Source: an uncultured Gammaproteobacteria bacterium
GTDB taxonomy: Bacteria > Patescibacteriota > Patescibacteriia > UBA10025 > JAHIVO01
DNA length: 64,000 nucleotides
Reading direction: 5' to 3'
Assembly: GCA_964415025.1 (NCBI GenBank)
Contig: CAYPXF010000005.1
Span: 1,484-65,483 of the forward strand
Position numbers and translations under genes: made by a program. The notes under the pieces are model-generated. The model did not search any database. It was given only the letters and a program-made list of their open reading frames with translations, and was not told the origin of the DNA. Shown here one piece after another: positions 1-9,311 of this stretch (its first letter is position 1; every line of letters begins with the position of its first letter).

Positions 1-119
1 AAGACCTGGTTGACTTGTCCTTTTGTCCAGCCAGCCTGCTCTAATCTTTTTTGGATTTCCGAACTAGACAGCCCCGCATGCCGAGCCTGTTCTAACCATT
101 GGTAAATGTCTTGTGCCAT
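1..119 (-). CDS. Partial CDS running off the window start; N-terminus MAQDIYQWLEQARHAGLSSSEIQKRLEQAGWTKGQVNQV
   Basis: Read manually: ATG (cat at 117-119) with an open frame to the window edge. The G.s.eI...L..aGW....v pattern resembles a small helical N-terminal domain I associate with CPR/DPANN membrane proteins. Confidence 0.6.
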   Translation of the reverse strand, partial: MAQDIYQWLEQARHAGLSSSEIQKRLEQAGWTKGQVNQV

Positions 120-215
120 AGAGTAGTTTTTATTTTTATTTATATTAATATTGTAGCACAAAAAAATACTTTTGTCAATTAATTATACTAACATAAAGCA
201 AATTTATTCTTTAGA

Positions 216-350
216 TTACACCTTTGTCAGGACGAGTACAATACTTCCTGCGACCACCAGTGCGCTGACAATCATGACTACAATGGCAGTTTTCGTAGAA
301 CTAGCTACCTTAGTCCTGGTTTGTGTTTCAAGTTGTGGTTGATGTGTCAT
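216..350 (-). CDS. Small single-TM protein (44 aa, MTHQPQLETQTRTKVASSTKTAIVVMIVSALVVAGSIVLVLTKV)
   Basis: Read manually (below the ORF-track cutoff). Starts 4 nt after the htpX stop and ends in one hydrophobic helix. Confidence 0.5.
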   Translation of the reverse strand: MTHQPQLETQTRTKVASSTKTAIVVMIVSALVVAGSIVLVLTKV

Positions 351-354
351 ATAT

Positions 355-1263
355 TTACTGTGCCATGGTTCGCAAAGCCGCAATACGTTCATCTATGGGC
401 GGGTGTGTCATAAATAATTTTGATAACCCCTTTTTCGCCTTACCGCCGAACGGGTTAGCTATATAGAGATGAGCCGACGCATTGTTTGCCTTGCGCATGG
501 GGGCAGTATTAGAAGTTTTTATTTTTTCCAGTGCGTTAGCCAATCCGTCTGGATACCGCGTCAGCAATACGCCCGAAGCATCAGCCAAGAATTCCCGTTT
601 ACGTGATACTGCCAGCTTAATCAGCTGGGCGATGATTGGCGCCAGAATAAGCAGTGCGAGGCCGACGATCATGAGTATCGCCTGCGCCTGACCGCCTTCG
701 CGAGAGCTGCGCCGGCTGCCGCCGAAAATTGATATCCGGAAAAACCAGTTAGAAAGCAGCGCCACAATCCCGACACAGATAATCACCAGTGTCATCAGAC
801 GGATATCATAGTTTTTGATATGTGATAACTCATGAGCAAGCACCCCTTCCAGCTCCTCATTTTCGAGTTTTTCAATGGCGCCGGTCGTTACGGCGATAGA
901 GGCGTGTTCTGGATCACGTCCGGTGGCAAAGGCGTTTATTGCTGGATCATTGATGATATGCACTTTTGGCATAGGTAATCCTGCGGTAATACCCAGATTT
1001 TCCACCATGCGGTATACGTAGGGATTGTCTTGTTTGGTGATTGGTTTGGCTCCGGCTGTCCACAGCGCAACTTTATCTCCAGAAAAATAGCCAAACAAAG
1101 ACATGCCAATGGCGATAATCAGCGCAATGACCAGTCCACCGTACCCGAATTCGGTTAATTGCCCGAATACCCAGCCCAAGAAGCCGATCAACACTATAAA
1201 CACCGCAATCAGGAAATATGATTTGCGTTTGTTGCTGCTGATTTGTGTGTACAGTGTGGCCAT
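355..1263 (-). CDS. htpX: Zinc metalloprotease HtpX (M48 family)
   Basis: NAFATG, AHELSH zinc motif, SRKREFLADA, THPP motifs; adjacent to lemA. Confidence 0.95.
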   Translation of the reverse strand: MATLYTQISSNKRKSYFLIAVFIVLIGFLGWVFGQLTEFGYGGLVIALIIAIGMSLFGYFSGDKVALWTAGAKPITKQDNPYVYRMVENLGITAGLPMPKVHIINDPAINAFATGRDPEHASIAVTTGAIEKLENEELEGVLAHELSHIKNYDIRLMTLVIICVGIVALLSNWFFRISIFGGSRRSSREGGQAQAILMIVGLALLILAPIIAQLIKLAVSRKREFLADASGVLLTRYPDGLANALEKIKTSNTAPMRKANNASAHLYIANPFGGKAKKGLSKLFMTHPPIDERIAALRTMAQ

Positions 1264-1328
1264 ATTAAGCGATGTTAAAGGGCCGGCTTTGTTAAGCGGC
1301 CTAGTAGGATGCGTGTTTATGTCGGAGT

Positions 1329-1886
1329 CTAGAATTCAACTTTGACCGGTTCGCGTTCTGTTGCTTCTTCGATTTCGAAAAAGTCGTATTGCTTAAATCC
1401 GAGCATACCGGCAATCATGTTATTGGGGAAGACCTGGATCTTAGTATTGAAATCGCGTACATTACCGTTGTAAAATCGGCGGGCCGCCTGAATCTTATTC
1501 TCCGTATCAGTCAGCTCATCCTGGAGTTTGGCAAAATTTTCATTAGCTTTCAGATCAGGATAATTCTCGGCTACGGCAAACAAACTTTTCAAAGTATTGG
1601 ACAGGGCGTTTTCGGCCTGTTCTTGCTCTTTGACAGTTTGGGCGTTCATGGCGGCAGAACGTGCCTGGGTCACTTTTTCGAAAAGCTCGCGTTCGTGTTT
1701 AGCGTATCCCTTGACAGTGTTCACGAGATTTGGGATTAAATCATAGCGCCGTTTGAGCTGCACATCGATATCTGACCATGCTTCGTCAGTACGATTACGC
1801 AGCTTGATCAGGCTGTTATATACGCTGATGAACCATAACACTGCCATGACGATGAGGGCGATTACGATCCAAACGATTGTGGGCAT
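1329..1886 (-). CDS. lemA: LemA family protein
   Basis: [50 protein letters not shown]...FP. Confidence 0.95.
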   Translation of the reverse strand: MPTIVWIVIALIVMAVLWFISVYNSLIKLRNRTDEAWSDIDVQLKRRYDLIPNLVNTVKGYAKHERELFEKVTQARSAAMNAQTVKEQEQAENALSNTLKSLFAVAENYPDLKANENFAKLQDELTDTENKIQAARRFYNGNVRDFNTKIQVFPNNMIAGMLGFKQYDFFEIEEATEREPVKVEF

Positions 1887-1906
1887 ACTTGTTTTAGGTT
1901 AGTTAT

Positions 1907-2440
1907 TTATGGTGTTATTAGCACAGTGAGGGCTGATGCAGAGACTTCAAACGAGTCGCTCATATCCTCGTCAGATCTAACAATTACCCGATTGCCTGTT
2001 TTGATTTGTTCCGGCAAAATCTGTTCCTGTTCTGTGCTGTTTTGGCCCGGCGATGAAGGATTTGTCAAATCCCAGCGGGTCAGGATTGTAGCTGGCTTCA
2101 GTATAGCAGTAATAGTATCAGTATTCAAAGCAGCTGCGGTATGGTCATCGACACTGATTTGTACGTCGTTATCATTTATATTTGTAACTGTGCCATACCA
2201 ATTTTGGGTATTGGCGCCGAGAATATGTTGCGTTTGACTGACATCGATAACCGGGGCACTCCTCGGCTGGTTATCAGATTTGTTTTTTCCTATTGAAAAG
2301 GAAGCAATTGTTAATGTAATAATGATCAGTACCCCTAATGATATAAAAAAAACAATTTCAGCAGCGGGAATATGTATGTTAGCAGGGGATGGCTTTGGTT
2401 GTTCGGAGTCTATTTTTTGTTTTGTTTTGTTGTTTGACAT
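1907..2440 (-). CDS. Hypothetical single-TM protein with a C-terminal beta-rich (OB-like) domain
   Basis: One TM helix; G.VT.I ... IK.G.RV.V pattern; upstream of and co-oriented with lemA. Confidence 0.6.
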   Translation of the reverse strand: MSNNKTKQKIDSEQPKPSPANIHIPAAEIVFFISLGVLIIITLTIASFSIGKNKSDNQPRSAPVIDVSQTQHILGANTQNWYGTVTNINDNDVQISVDDHTAAALNTDTITAILKPATILTRWDLTNPSSPGQNSTEQEQILPEQIKTGNRVIVRSDEDMSDSFEVSASALTVLITP

Positions 2441-2586
2441 AAAGGGGTAAAATGTGTTAAAATTAATGCACGTAAAAATTCTGTATTCAGTTTAATTATT
2501 GTAAGTTATCGGTTTTTTGTCAAATATTGTTTTTATCACTTTGGCATTAGGCAGGATTCAAAAAAATAAAATATTGGGGGAATTCC

Positions 2587-5421
2587 GTGTTCACAAACCG
2601 AAAACAATTTATAGGTATGTATAAATGGGCTTTTTTTAGCCTATTTTTTTGTCTGGTAATTATTGCTTTAGGCGTGCACCAAATCCATGCAAAAGTTATC
2701 GATCCAGAGGCGGCGCCACCAGAGAAAAATATGCCTGATTATATAAATATTGGCGGTGAGCATCAGGCTAAGCAGGGTGCCTTGCGATTGGGCAGTGATG
2801 CTGTGGGCGATCCGTATGAATACCAGCTCGAAGTAGTCGGTGAGGGCGGATTAATATCTAATACTAGCATAGAAAAAGACTTACGAGTTGAGTCAAATAC
2901 GGCCAGTGATCCGGCTCTGTATGTGGACGCAATCAATAATAAGGTATGTATAGGGGCATGTCTGGACCAATCAAATACCAGATTAGAAGTAAGCGGCAAT
3001 ACTCGGATAGACGCAGATCAATCTGAATATGGGATCAGGTCATATAGTGCTGGCCAAGCACTCTATGGCTGGGGCAGTACGTACGGTATCCAGGGGGTTA
3101 GCTCATCAGCTGACGGATATGGTATTTGGGCATCAAGTCCGCTAAGCACCGCGCTCGAAGGAGTAAATATTAATAATGCTTACAGCGGGGTGGCCGGATT
3201 TAGTACAGATGGCATCGGTATTTACGGCGCCAACACGAATTATCAGGGATTATGGGCCGGATATTTTGACGGACGAACTGAATCAACCAGGCAGGTCATT
3301 GGCCGTAAGTTTGTGCCTACCTCATATCCGCCGGCGATGGTGCAAAACACGTCAGGCCAGGTCGCTGGCTCGTATACGGTCAGCGGACGGCGGCTGGTCC
3401 ATGCCGATAGTTCTTTTGTCTGGACTAGTACGACCGCCGGATCGCTGTACAAAAGCAGAATCAGTGATATGCAGGATCAGTGGGAAGCAAGTCTCGGCGC
3501 TGAAACAACTGACGGGCTATATGACAGTAATAATTTTTGGGCAGTCATTCCTGCGAGCCAGGAGGTAAAAAAGATTAACGCTGATACCGGTATCGAGAGC
3601 TGTTCGTACACTGCCAGCAGTACTCCAACCGCCGTCACGTTTGACGGTAGCAGCTACTGGGTAGCTACTGATGAAGGACGGAGCGTAATCCAATTAGACA
3701 GCGATTGTAACGAAGTGCAGACAATTTTTATCGGCTATAATCTGACCGATATTATTTTTGATGGCACCTACTTATGGGCGGTATCAGATATCAGTGAGTA
3801 TATTATCAGCATAAATCCGTCTAATCCGTCCGGCAGCGAAGCCACTGCGTATGCGGGTATTAGTGGTAATAATCCTGGCAGGCTTTTGTTTGATAATTAT
3901 TATTTCTGGGTAATTAATCAGGATGATGATACTGTTACTGCGTTTTACCTGCGTGACGGCATGGCCAGGAAGTTTAATACCTATCAGACCGGCACCGGAC
4001 CAGCTGATCTGGTTTTTGATGGTATGCATGTATGGATTATGAACACGGATGGCCAGAGCGTATCCCGTTTACTCGCTGCTGATCCAACGCAAAAAAAAGA
4101 TATTCAACTGAATTTTGCACCGACCGGCATCGGATTTGACGGGACATATATCTGGATTTCAGGCGATAGCAGTATGGTGAAGCTGTATTCTGGAGTCGGG
4201 CATGGCACGATTGATGTTAGCAATGCTCTAGCCCTGCAAACAGCCACGGCCTCGATAATCCAGCGAGGTTACGCGGCTCTGACCGGATCTGCACGCGTCG
4301 GTGGGAATGCCTCATTTGCCGGTGATATAACTACCGCCGCTAACAGCTGGGGAACGGCGCAATCAGGAGATGTAATCATGAGTGATTATGGTGATACCTG
4401 GGCGCAGATGGGCAATCCCGGCATCAGTGAACGCTGGGTATTGTCATTTCTAGAGACTGATGACGGTACGATTTATGCCGGTACGTTTGATCAGGGAAAT
4501 GTGTATACCTATGATGCTGATACAGATACTTGGACTAATACCGGCGATTTAACCGGCGCAACCTATGTGTATGATCTTATCCAGACAGCAGACGGCACAA
4601 TATACGCCAGCACCGGCCAGAATGGTGATGTGTTTACCTATAATCCAGGCACAGATACGTGGACCAATACCGGAGAAATAACTGGCGCAGTCGATGCTAC
4701 CAGTTTATTACTGGGCCGCGACGGCGTACTCTATGTCGGAGTCGAACGTGCGGCAGGCACGGCACTGTTTTCATATAATCCCGGTACAGACATATGGACA
4801 GAGCGTGTGGCAATACCCGGGACAATACATTTATCCGATATGATCCAAGCTCGTGACAATATATTGTATATTGCCGCTCGTCCGTCAGATACGCCTGACC
4901 AAGGCGATGTTTACAAATACGACCCAGTCGCTGACACGCTGGTTAATTCCGGAAATTTGGCTGGAGCAACACGTGTCTATGATTTACTAGAAACAGCTGA
5001 CGGTACTATCTATGCGGCCACTCATCCAAATGCACAGGTCTTTGAGTACGACCGCTTTACCGACTCCTGGACAGGTTTAGCAGTGCTGCCGTGCGGAAAC
5101 GGGGTATGGTCGCTGCTGGAAACAAATGACGGTGCGCTGTATGCTGGCACAAACTGCAACGGGGACGTGTATGCCTATGACTTTATTAATGACCAATGGG
5201 ATATCGTGGGTTCAATGGGCAGTGCGACGCTGACAACGGCACTGTACGAGACAAGTGATCACCGGATCATGGCCGGTACTGCGTATGATACCGGCGTATT
5301 TCAGCTGACCATCACGCCGCTTTCGGCAGGCACGTACAGCTGTCCGGACGGTCATTTTGTTACTAGCATCACTACTAATAGCATAGACCAGGTTATCCGC
5401 GTTGATTGCCGGCCATTATAG
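2587..5421 (+). CDS. Exported fibre-like protein 1: signal/TM, Gly-rich beta repeats, FDG..W propeller, second (IYAGT/TWT) propeller, C-terminal CRPL cap
   Basis: 944-aa ORF (GTG start; alternative ATG at 2617). Repeats FDGSSYW/FDGTYLW/FDGMHVW and DGTIYAGT..GNVYTY. Paralogous with the next two genes. Confidence 0.85.
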   Translation: MFTNRKQFIGMYKWAFFSLFFCLVIIALGVHQIHAKVIDPEAAPPEKNMPDYINIGGEHQAKQGALRLGSDAVGDPYEYQLEVVGEGGLISNTSIEKDLRVESNTASDPALYVDAINNKVCIGACLDQSNTRLEVSGNTRIDADQSEYGIRSYSAGQALYGWGSTYGIQGVSSSADGYGIWASSPLSTALEGVNINNAYSGVAGFSTDGIGIYGANTNYQGLWAGYFDGRTESTRQVIGRKFVPTSYPPAMVQNTSGQVAGSYTVSGRRLVHADSSFVWTSTTAGSLYKSRISDMQDQWEASLGAETTDGLYDSNNFWAVIPASQEVKKINADTGIESCSYTASSTPTAVTFDGSSYWVATDEGRSVIQLDSDCNEVQTIFIGYNLTDIIFDGTYLWAVSDISEYIISINPSNPSGSEATAYAGISGNNPGRLLFDNYYFWVINQDDDTVTAFYLRDGMARKFNTYQTGTGPADLVFDGMHVWIMNTDGQSVSRLLAADPTQKKDIQLNFAPTGIGFDGTYIWISGDSSMVKLYSGVGHGTIDVSNALALQTATASIIQRGYAALTGSARVGGNASFAGDITTAANSWGTAQSGDVIMSDYGDTWAQMGNPGISERWVLSFLETDDGTIYAGTFDQGNVYTYDADTDTWTNTGDLTGATYVYDLIQTADGTIYASTGQNGDVFTYNPGTDTWTNTGEITGAVDATSLLLGRDGVLYVGVERAAGTALFSYNPGTDIWTERVAIPGTIHLSDMIQARDNILYIAARPSDTPDQGDVYKYDPVADTLVNSGNLAGATRVYDLLETADGTIYAATHPNAQVFEYDRFTDSWTGLAVLPCGNGVWSLLETNDGALYAGTNCNGDVYAYDFINDQWDIVGSMGSATLTTALYETSDHRIMAGTAYDTGVFQLTITPLSAGTYSCPDGHFVTSITTNSIDQVIRVDCRPL

Positions 5422-5432
5422 ACTAAAGAATA

Positions 5433-8400
5433 ATGAAACATTTTGTCACATCGTATAATCGCAGAATATTATTACCAATAGGTTTGCTGGTTATTGTTTT
5501 AGCTCTGGTCGGAACCGTGAAGATAACTTATGCTGCCTGGGAAGAACCGCAGGCAGAACCGCCTGACGATAACATGTTTGCCCCGCTGGATGTGAGTGAT
5601 AATAACCAGGCTAAGCGCGGCCGCCTCCTGCTCGACCCGCTGTACAATCCGCTGGGCGCAATACCTGAAATTGATTATCCGCTCGAAGTCAGAGGTCCAC
5701 GCGACGTGTATATCAATAAACTCGAGATAGTAGCCGAAGGCGACCTTAGTGTCGATACAGATACGCTCGTGGTAGACGGTACTGGCCATATGGTCGGTAT
5801 GGGCACTGGCAGCCCGGACGAGCTGCTGGATATCCGCGGTTATGGCGCGACACTAGGCAGCGACAGCCAACTAATCAGCGGCAATGCGCTGGTAGTGACT
5901 GATGTGGGCAAATACGGAGCGTATGGCCTGTCACAGGGAGACAGCATTGCTTCAGTGCTTGGTGAGAGTGATAGCGGTTCAGGCATCTACGGTCTGCACA
6001 CTGCTGGTGGTACAGGCATCATGGCGCAGAGCGAATCCGCGTCTGCGGTCCGGGGAACAGTGTCAGCAGCGGCAGGCAGTCCGGTCGCTGCTGGTATATA
6101 TGCCCAGGCGCAGGGGCTGGGCTCGTGGGCCGGGTATTTTGCCCAGCGTGTGTATGGCACGCAAGAAGTAGTCGGATCAACATTTTTACCGACTGCATTA
6201 CCCTATTCGAGTATTCCGTATTCAGTTGGCTGGAAAACGCAGGACATCGCCCAAAGCTATGTACCGGCTTTTAGTAGTATCGCTTTTGACGGACGGTATC
6301 TCTGGATAAATAATTATACAGCCTATTGGAGTCAGGCTCCATATATTCACAAAATCGATGCCTATACTGGCGAACAGGTAGAAGCATTTAAGGTTTCTGG
6401 TGCGGAACACGCCTATAATAGCCCGGGCATGGGGACTATGGACTATGCTGGCGGCTATATTTGGATGGCAAATCCGTATAAAGACAACGAAGGGATATAC
6501 CGTATTGACCCGCATAGCCAGGATTATGACACTACGCTGTACTCTGTCGGAACCCATGATGCTGATGGCGATGGTAATACTGATGACGGCGAAAGTGACG
6601 GTCCGTTTGATTTTATATATGATGATATTACCTATCCTGATAATACGTTTGTCTGGGTAGTCAGTGATTACGAGGACAATGCCGCTGCTTCTCGCTATTA
6701 TATTACCAGACTTCAGCCAGCGGCCGATGAATACGGTTTTTGCTCTGACCCATCACAGCTGACGCAGGCGGGCTGTACTGGAACATGGTATGATGACTTG
6801 AGCGAGCTTGATTTCAGTGGCGCGACTTGTCCGGTATGCGTTAATTGTACCGGCACGACTACTACCGAACCATGCAGTGTGCCTGGATATTATACTGAAG
6901 CAGAATGCACCAACCCTTCGGTCGGAGGCGCCTGGGATCCAGATGCAAATTTTGGTTATGCCGAGCTGCGCTATCCCAGCGGCATCACTTTTGACGGTAC
7001 AAAAATCTGGGTCAGCTTTGCTGGCGGCGGCGCGTATGCCAGCGGGCTGGTTTCATTTGACGCGGCCGATCCTGTTAATACCGCGACAACGCATTGTGCC
7101 GGACCAAATCGCAACTTGCAAACAATTGACTGGGGCAGCGGCATGCTATGGGCAGGGGATAAACAACGGGAAAACGAAGTTGTCAGATTATTTGCTATTG
7201 ATCCAGCCGCTGATCCGCTGTATCTGGGCATTGATGATTATGGCTCGTTTGGAAGTGAGTTGGGAAGCGGTACAATATCTATCCTGGCATATGATGAGAA
7301 GTCAGCAGGCGGGCCATATCTCTGGGTTATTAATCCTTTTCATTTCGCAAAATTTTCTATAAATCCGGTGACAAAGACTTTGGCCCCGGCACATGTGTAT
7401 AGCCTCTATAATAGCGGGTATAATTTTGCCTTTGCTGAAAATGAAGCCGGCGAACGGACTGTATGGACTACTCATGGGAACGTTGGCGGTATTATCGAAC
7501 ACTTAGTTGATACGAGCGTGGCGCTCCCCGGTAACAGCCCGTATGCTCCGTATTACCAACGTGCGTTTTTGCCCGTGGGGGCTAGTGTTGGAGGAATGGT
7601 TTTTGACAGTACCTATATTTGGACAGCAGATCGTAATACTAACAAATTAAGTAAATTTAACATTGCTGACGGAAGCAAAATGGGTGATTATGACGCCGGA
7701 TGGTATCCGCTCGGCATAGTGTATGACGGCCGCTATATTTGGACAGTAAATAGTGATGAATATGGCTATAAACCAAACACAAACGATCTGACCAAATTTG
7801 ATCCAGTGAATGGTGAAATCGTAGACGAGTATAAAATCACAAATTATAACGGAGAAATGGACATAGCGCGCGGTGGATATATTGATATGCGTTTTGACGG
7901 ACAATATATATGGATTACCTTTCCGGACAGTGATGAAATTGCCGTATTTGATCCTGATACCATCGATACCTCCGGTGTAACTTTTTATGATGATACAGAC
8001 CATGGTATTGATAATCCGTACCGTCTCGTGTATGACGGGGAGTCTATGTGGGTATCGCATATTGATAATAAGATTTCGCGCGTTCAATCGGACGGAACTA
8101 ATGCGTTTACCAGGACATTTGATATAATTGACGGCGGTGTAGCTTATAATATTAGCGCGCTGGAATTTGACGGCACTTATCTTTGGATCGGCACTAAATT
8201 TATGGACACGCAAGGACGGAGTGTGTATAAATATGACCCAGCAGGAGATGTAATTGTTGATGAATTTACTGTATATAATGATTCGGGCATATGTTTAGCT
8301 GGTGAGCGGCAGTATCAGTATTGCCGCAGTGATGCTGACTGTCCTAGCAGTACATGCGACGCAAAAGGCTCTCGGGTAACCGATATATTATTTGATGGTA

Positions 8401-9305
8401 CGCATGTGTGGATTAAGCATGGGGGTAGGAATGATGATGCCGGTAGTATTGAGTGTAATGATGGCATAGACAATGACGGGGTAGGACATTGCGATATCTC
8501 GCCGTACGCGGTATGTACGAGCGACGCGGAATGTACTCCTGGTACCTGTGACTTCACTGATCAGGATGATGACCGTGGCGGCTGGTGTGAAAACACTTTT
8601 GATTTACATGAAGGATCGCGGTGCAATGATGATCAGGATAATGACCAGGATGGTACATGCGATCATGATGGGTGCAATGGATTGCCGGCAGATCTTGATT
8701 GTACTGATGAATTTTCTGATGCCGAGGGCAATCCTGAATGCAGCGACGGCTGGGATAATAACGGCGACGGACTGTGCGACTATGACGGCGCTGTCGGCGC
8801 TCCCGGGTGCAGCGGTAAGCCAGATCCGGGCTGTTCGAGCGCGAGTGATGCTAGCGAGGCAATACCTTCGACGCATTCAGCGCATTTAACGCGCATAATA
8901 CCGGCGACTGGAGCAGTGGTTGAGAGTCTGTATTATGATCGCTATACCCAAGTTTCAAATCATTTAGTATATGATGGCAGCAAAATCTGGATCGGAGATG
9001 GTAGTACCACGAGCCGTGAAACAGTGCATAGTTATTATGCCGGCACTGGACTGCGGACTGATTTGTCAGATACTGTCGTGCGGCAGGGCAGTTTTCCGGG
9101 CACGGCACAGATCGGACTGGCCAGCTACCATGGCTCACTGACTGTGGATACTGCCCTGGAGGTAATCGGCGATCTGGTCGTGACTACCAATATTTGGGGC
9201 GGTACTGCTGACGATGTGAAGGCGTTTGGCACGGCCTGTGATGACGGCCAGTTTATAAAAGGGATTGACACCACCAGCGGCCAATCCCAATGCCGACCAT
9301 TATAA
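5433..9305 (+). CDS. Exported fibre-like protein 2 with FDG..W propellers and Cys/Asp-rich (CxDGxDNDGDG) inserts
   Basis: 1290-aa ORF; WEEPQAEPPDDN..QAKRG N-cap, WAGYF, many (F/Y)DG.YiW repeats, ends CRPL. Confidence 0.85.
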   Translation: MKHFVTSYNRRILLPIGLLVIVLALVGTVKITYAAWEEPQAEPPDDNMFAPLDVSDNNQAKRGRLLLDPLYNPLGAIPEIDYPLEVRGPRDVYINKLEIVAEGDLSVDTDTLVVDGTGHMVGMGTGSPDELLDIRGYGATLGSDSQLISGNALVVTDVGKYGAYGLSQGDSIASVLGESDSGSGIYGLHTAGGTGIMAQSESASAVRGTVSAAAGSPVAAGIYAQAQGLGSWAGYFAQRVYGTQEVVGSTFLPTALPYSSIPYSVGWKTQDIAQSYVPAFSSIAFDGRYLWINNYTAYWSQAPYIHKIDAYTGEQVEAFKVSGAEHAYNSPGMGTMDYAGGYIWMANPYKDNEGIYRIDPHSQDYDTTLYSVGTHDADGDGNTDDGESDGPFDFIYDDITYPDNTFVWVVSDYEDNAAASRYYITRLQPAADEYGFCSDPSQLTQAGCTGTWYDDLSELDFSGATCPVCVNCTGTTTTEPCSVPGYYTEAECTNPSVGGAWDPDANFGYAELRYPSGITFDGTKIWVSFAGGGAYASGLVSFDAADPVNTATTHCAGPNRNLQTIDWGSGMLWAGDKQRENEVVRLFAIDPAADPLYLGIDDYGSFGSELGSGTISILAYDEKSAGGPYLWVINPFHFAKFSINPVTKTLAPAHVYSLYNSGYNFAFAENEAGERTVWTTHGNVGGIIEHLVDTSVALPGNSPYAPYYQRAFLPVGASVGGMVFDSTYIWTADRNTNKLSKFNIADGSKMGDYDAGWYPLGIVYDGRYIWTVNSDEYGYKPNTNDLTKFDPVNGEIVDEYKITNYNGEMDIARGGYIDMRFDGQYIWITFPDSDEIAVFDPDTIDTSGVTFYDDTDHGIDNPYRLVYDGESMWVSHIDNKISRVQSDGTNAFTRTFDIIDGGVAYNISALEFDGTYLWIGTKFMDTQGRSVYKYDPAGDVIVDEFTVYNDSGICLAGERQYQYCRSDADCPSSTCDAKGSRVTDILFDGTHVWIKHGGRNDDAGSIECNDGIDNDGVGHCDISPYAVCTSDAECTPGTCDFTDQDDDRGGWCENTFDLHEGSRCNDDQDNDQDGTCDHDGCNGLPADLDCTDEFSDAEGNPECSDGWDNNGDGLCDYDGAVGAPGCSGKPDPGCSSASDASEAIPSTHSAHLTRIIPATGAVVESLYYDRYTQVSNHLVYDGSKIWIGDGSTTSRETVHSYYAGTGLRTDLSDTVVRQGSFPGTAQIGLASYHGSLTVDTALEVIGDLVVTTNIWGGTADDVKAFGTACDDGQFIKGIDTTSGQSQCRPL

Positions 9306-9311
9306 TCTCTT

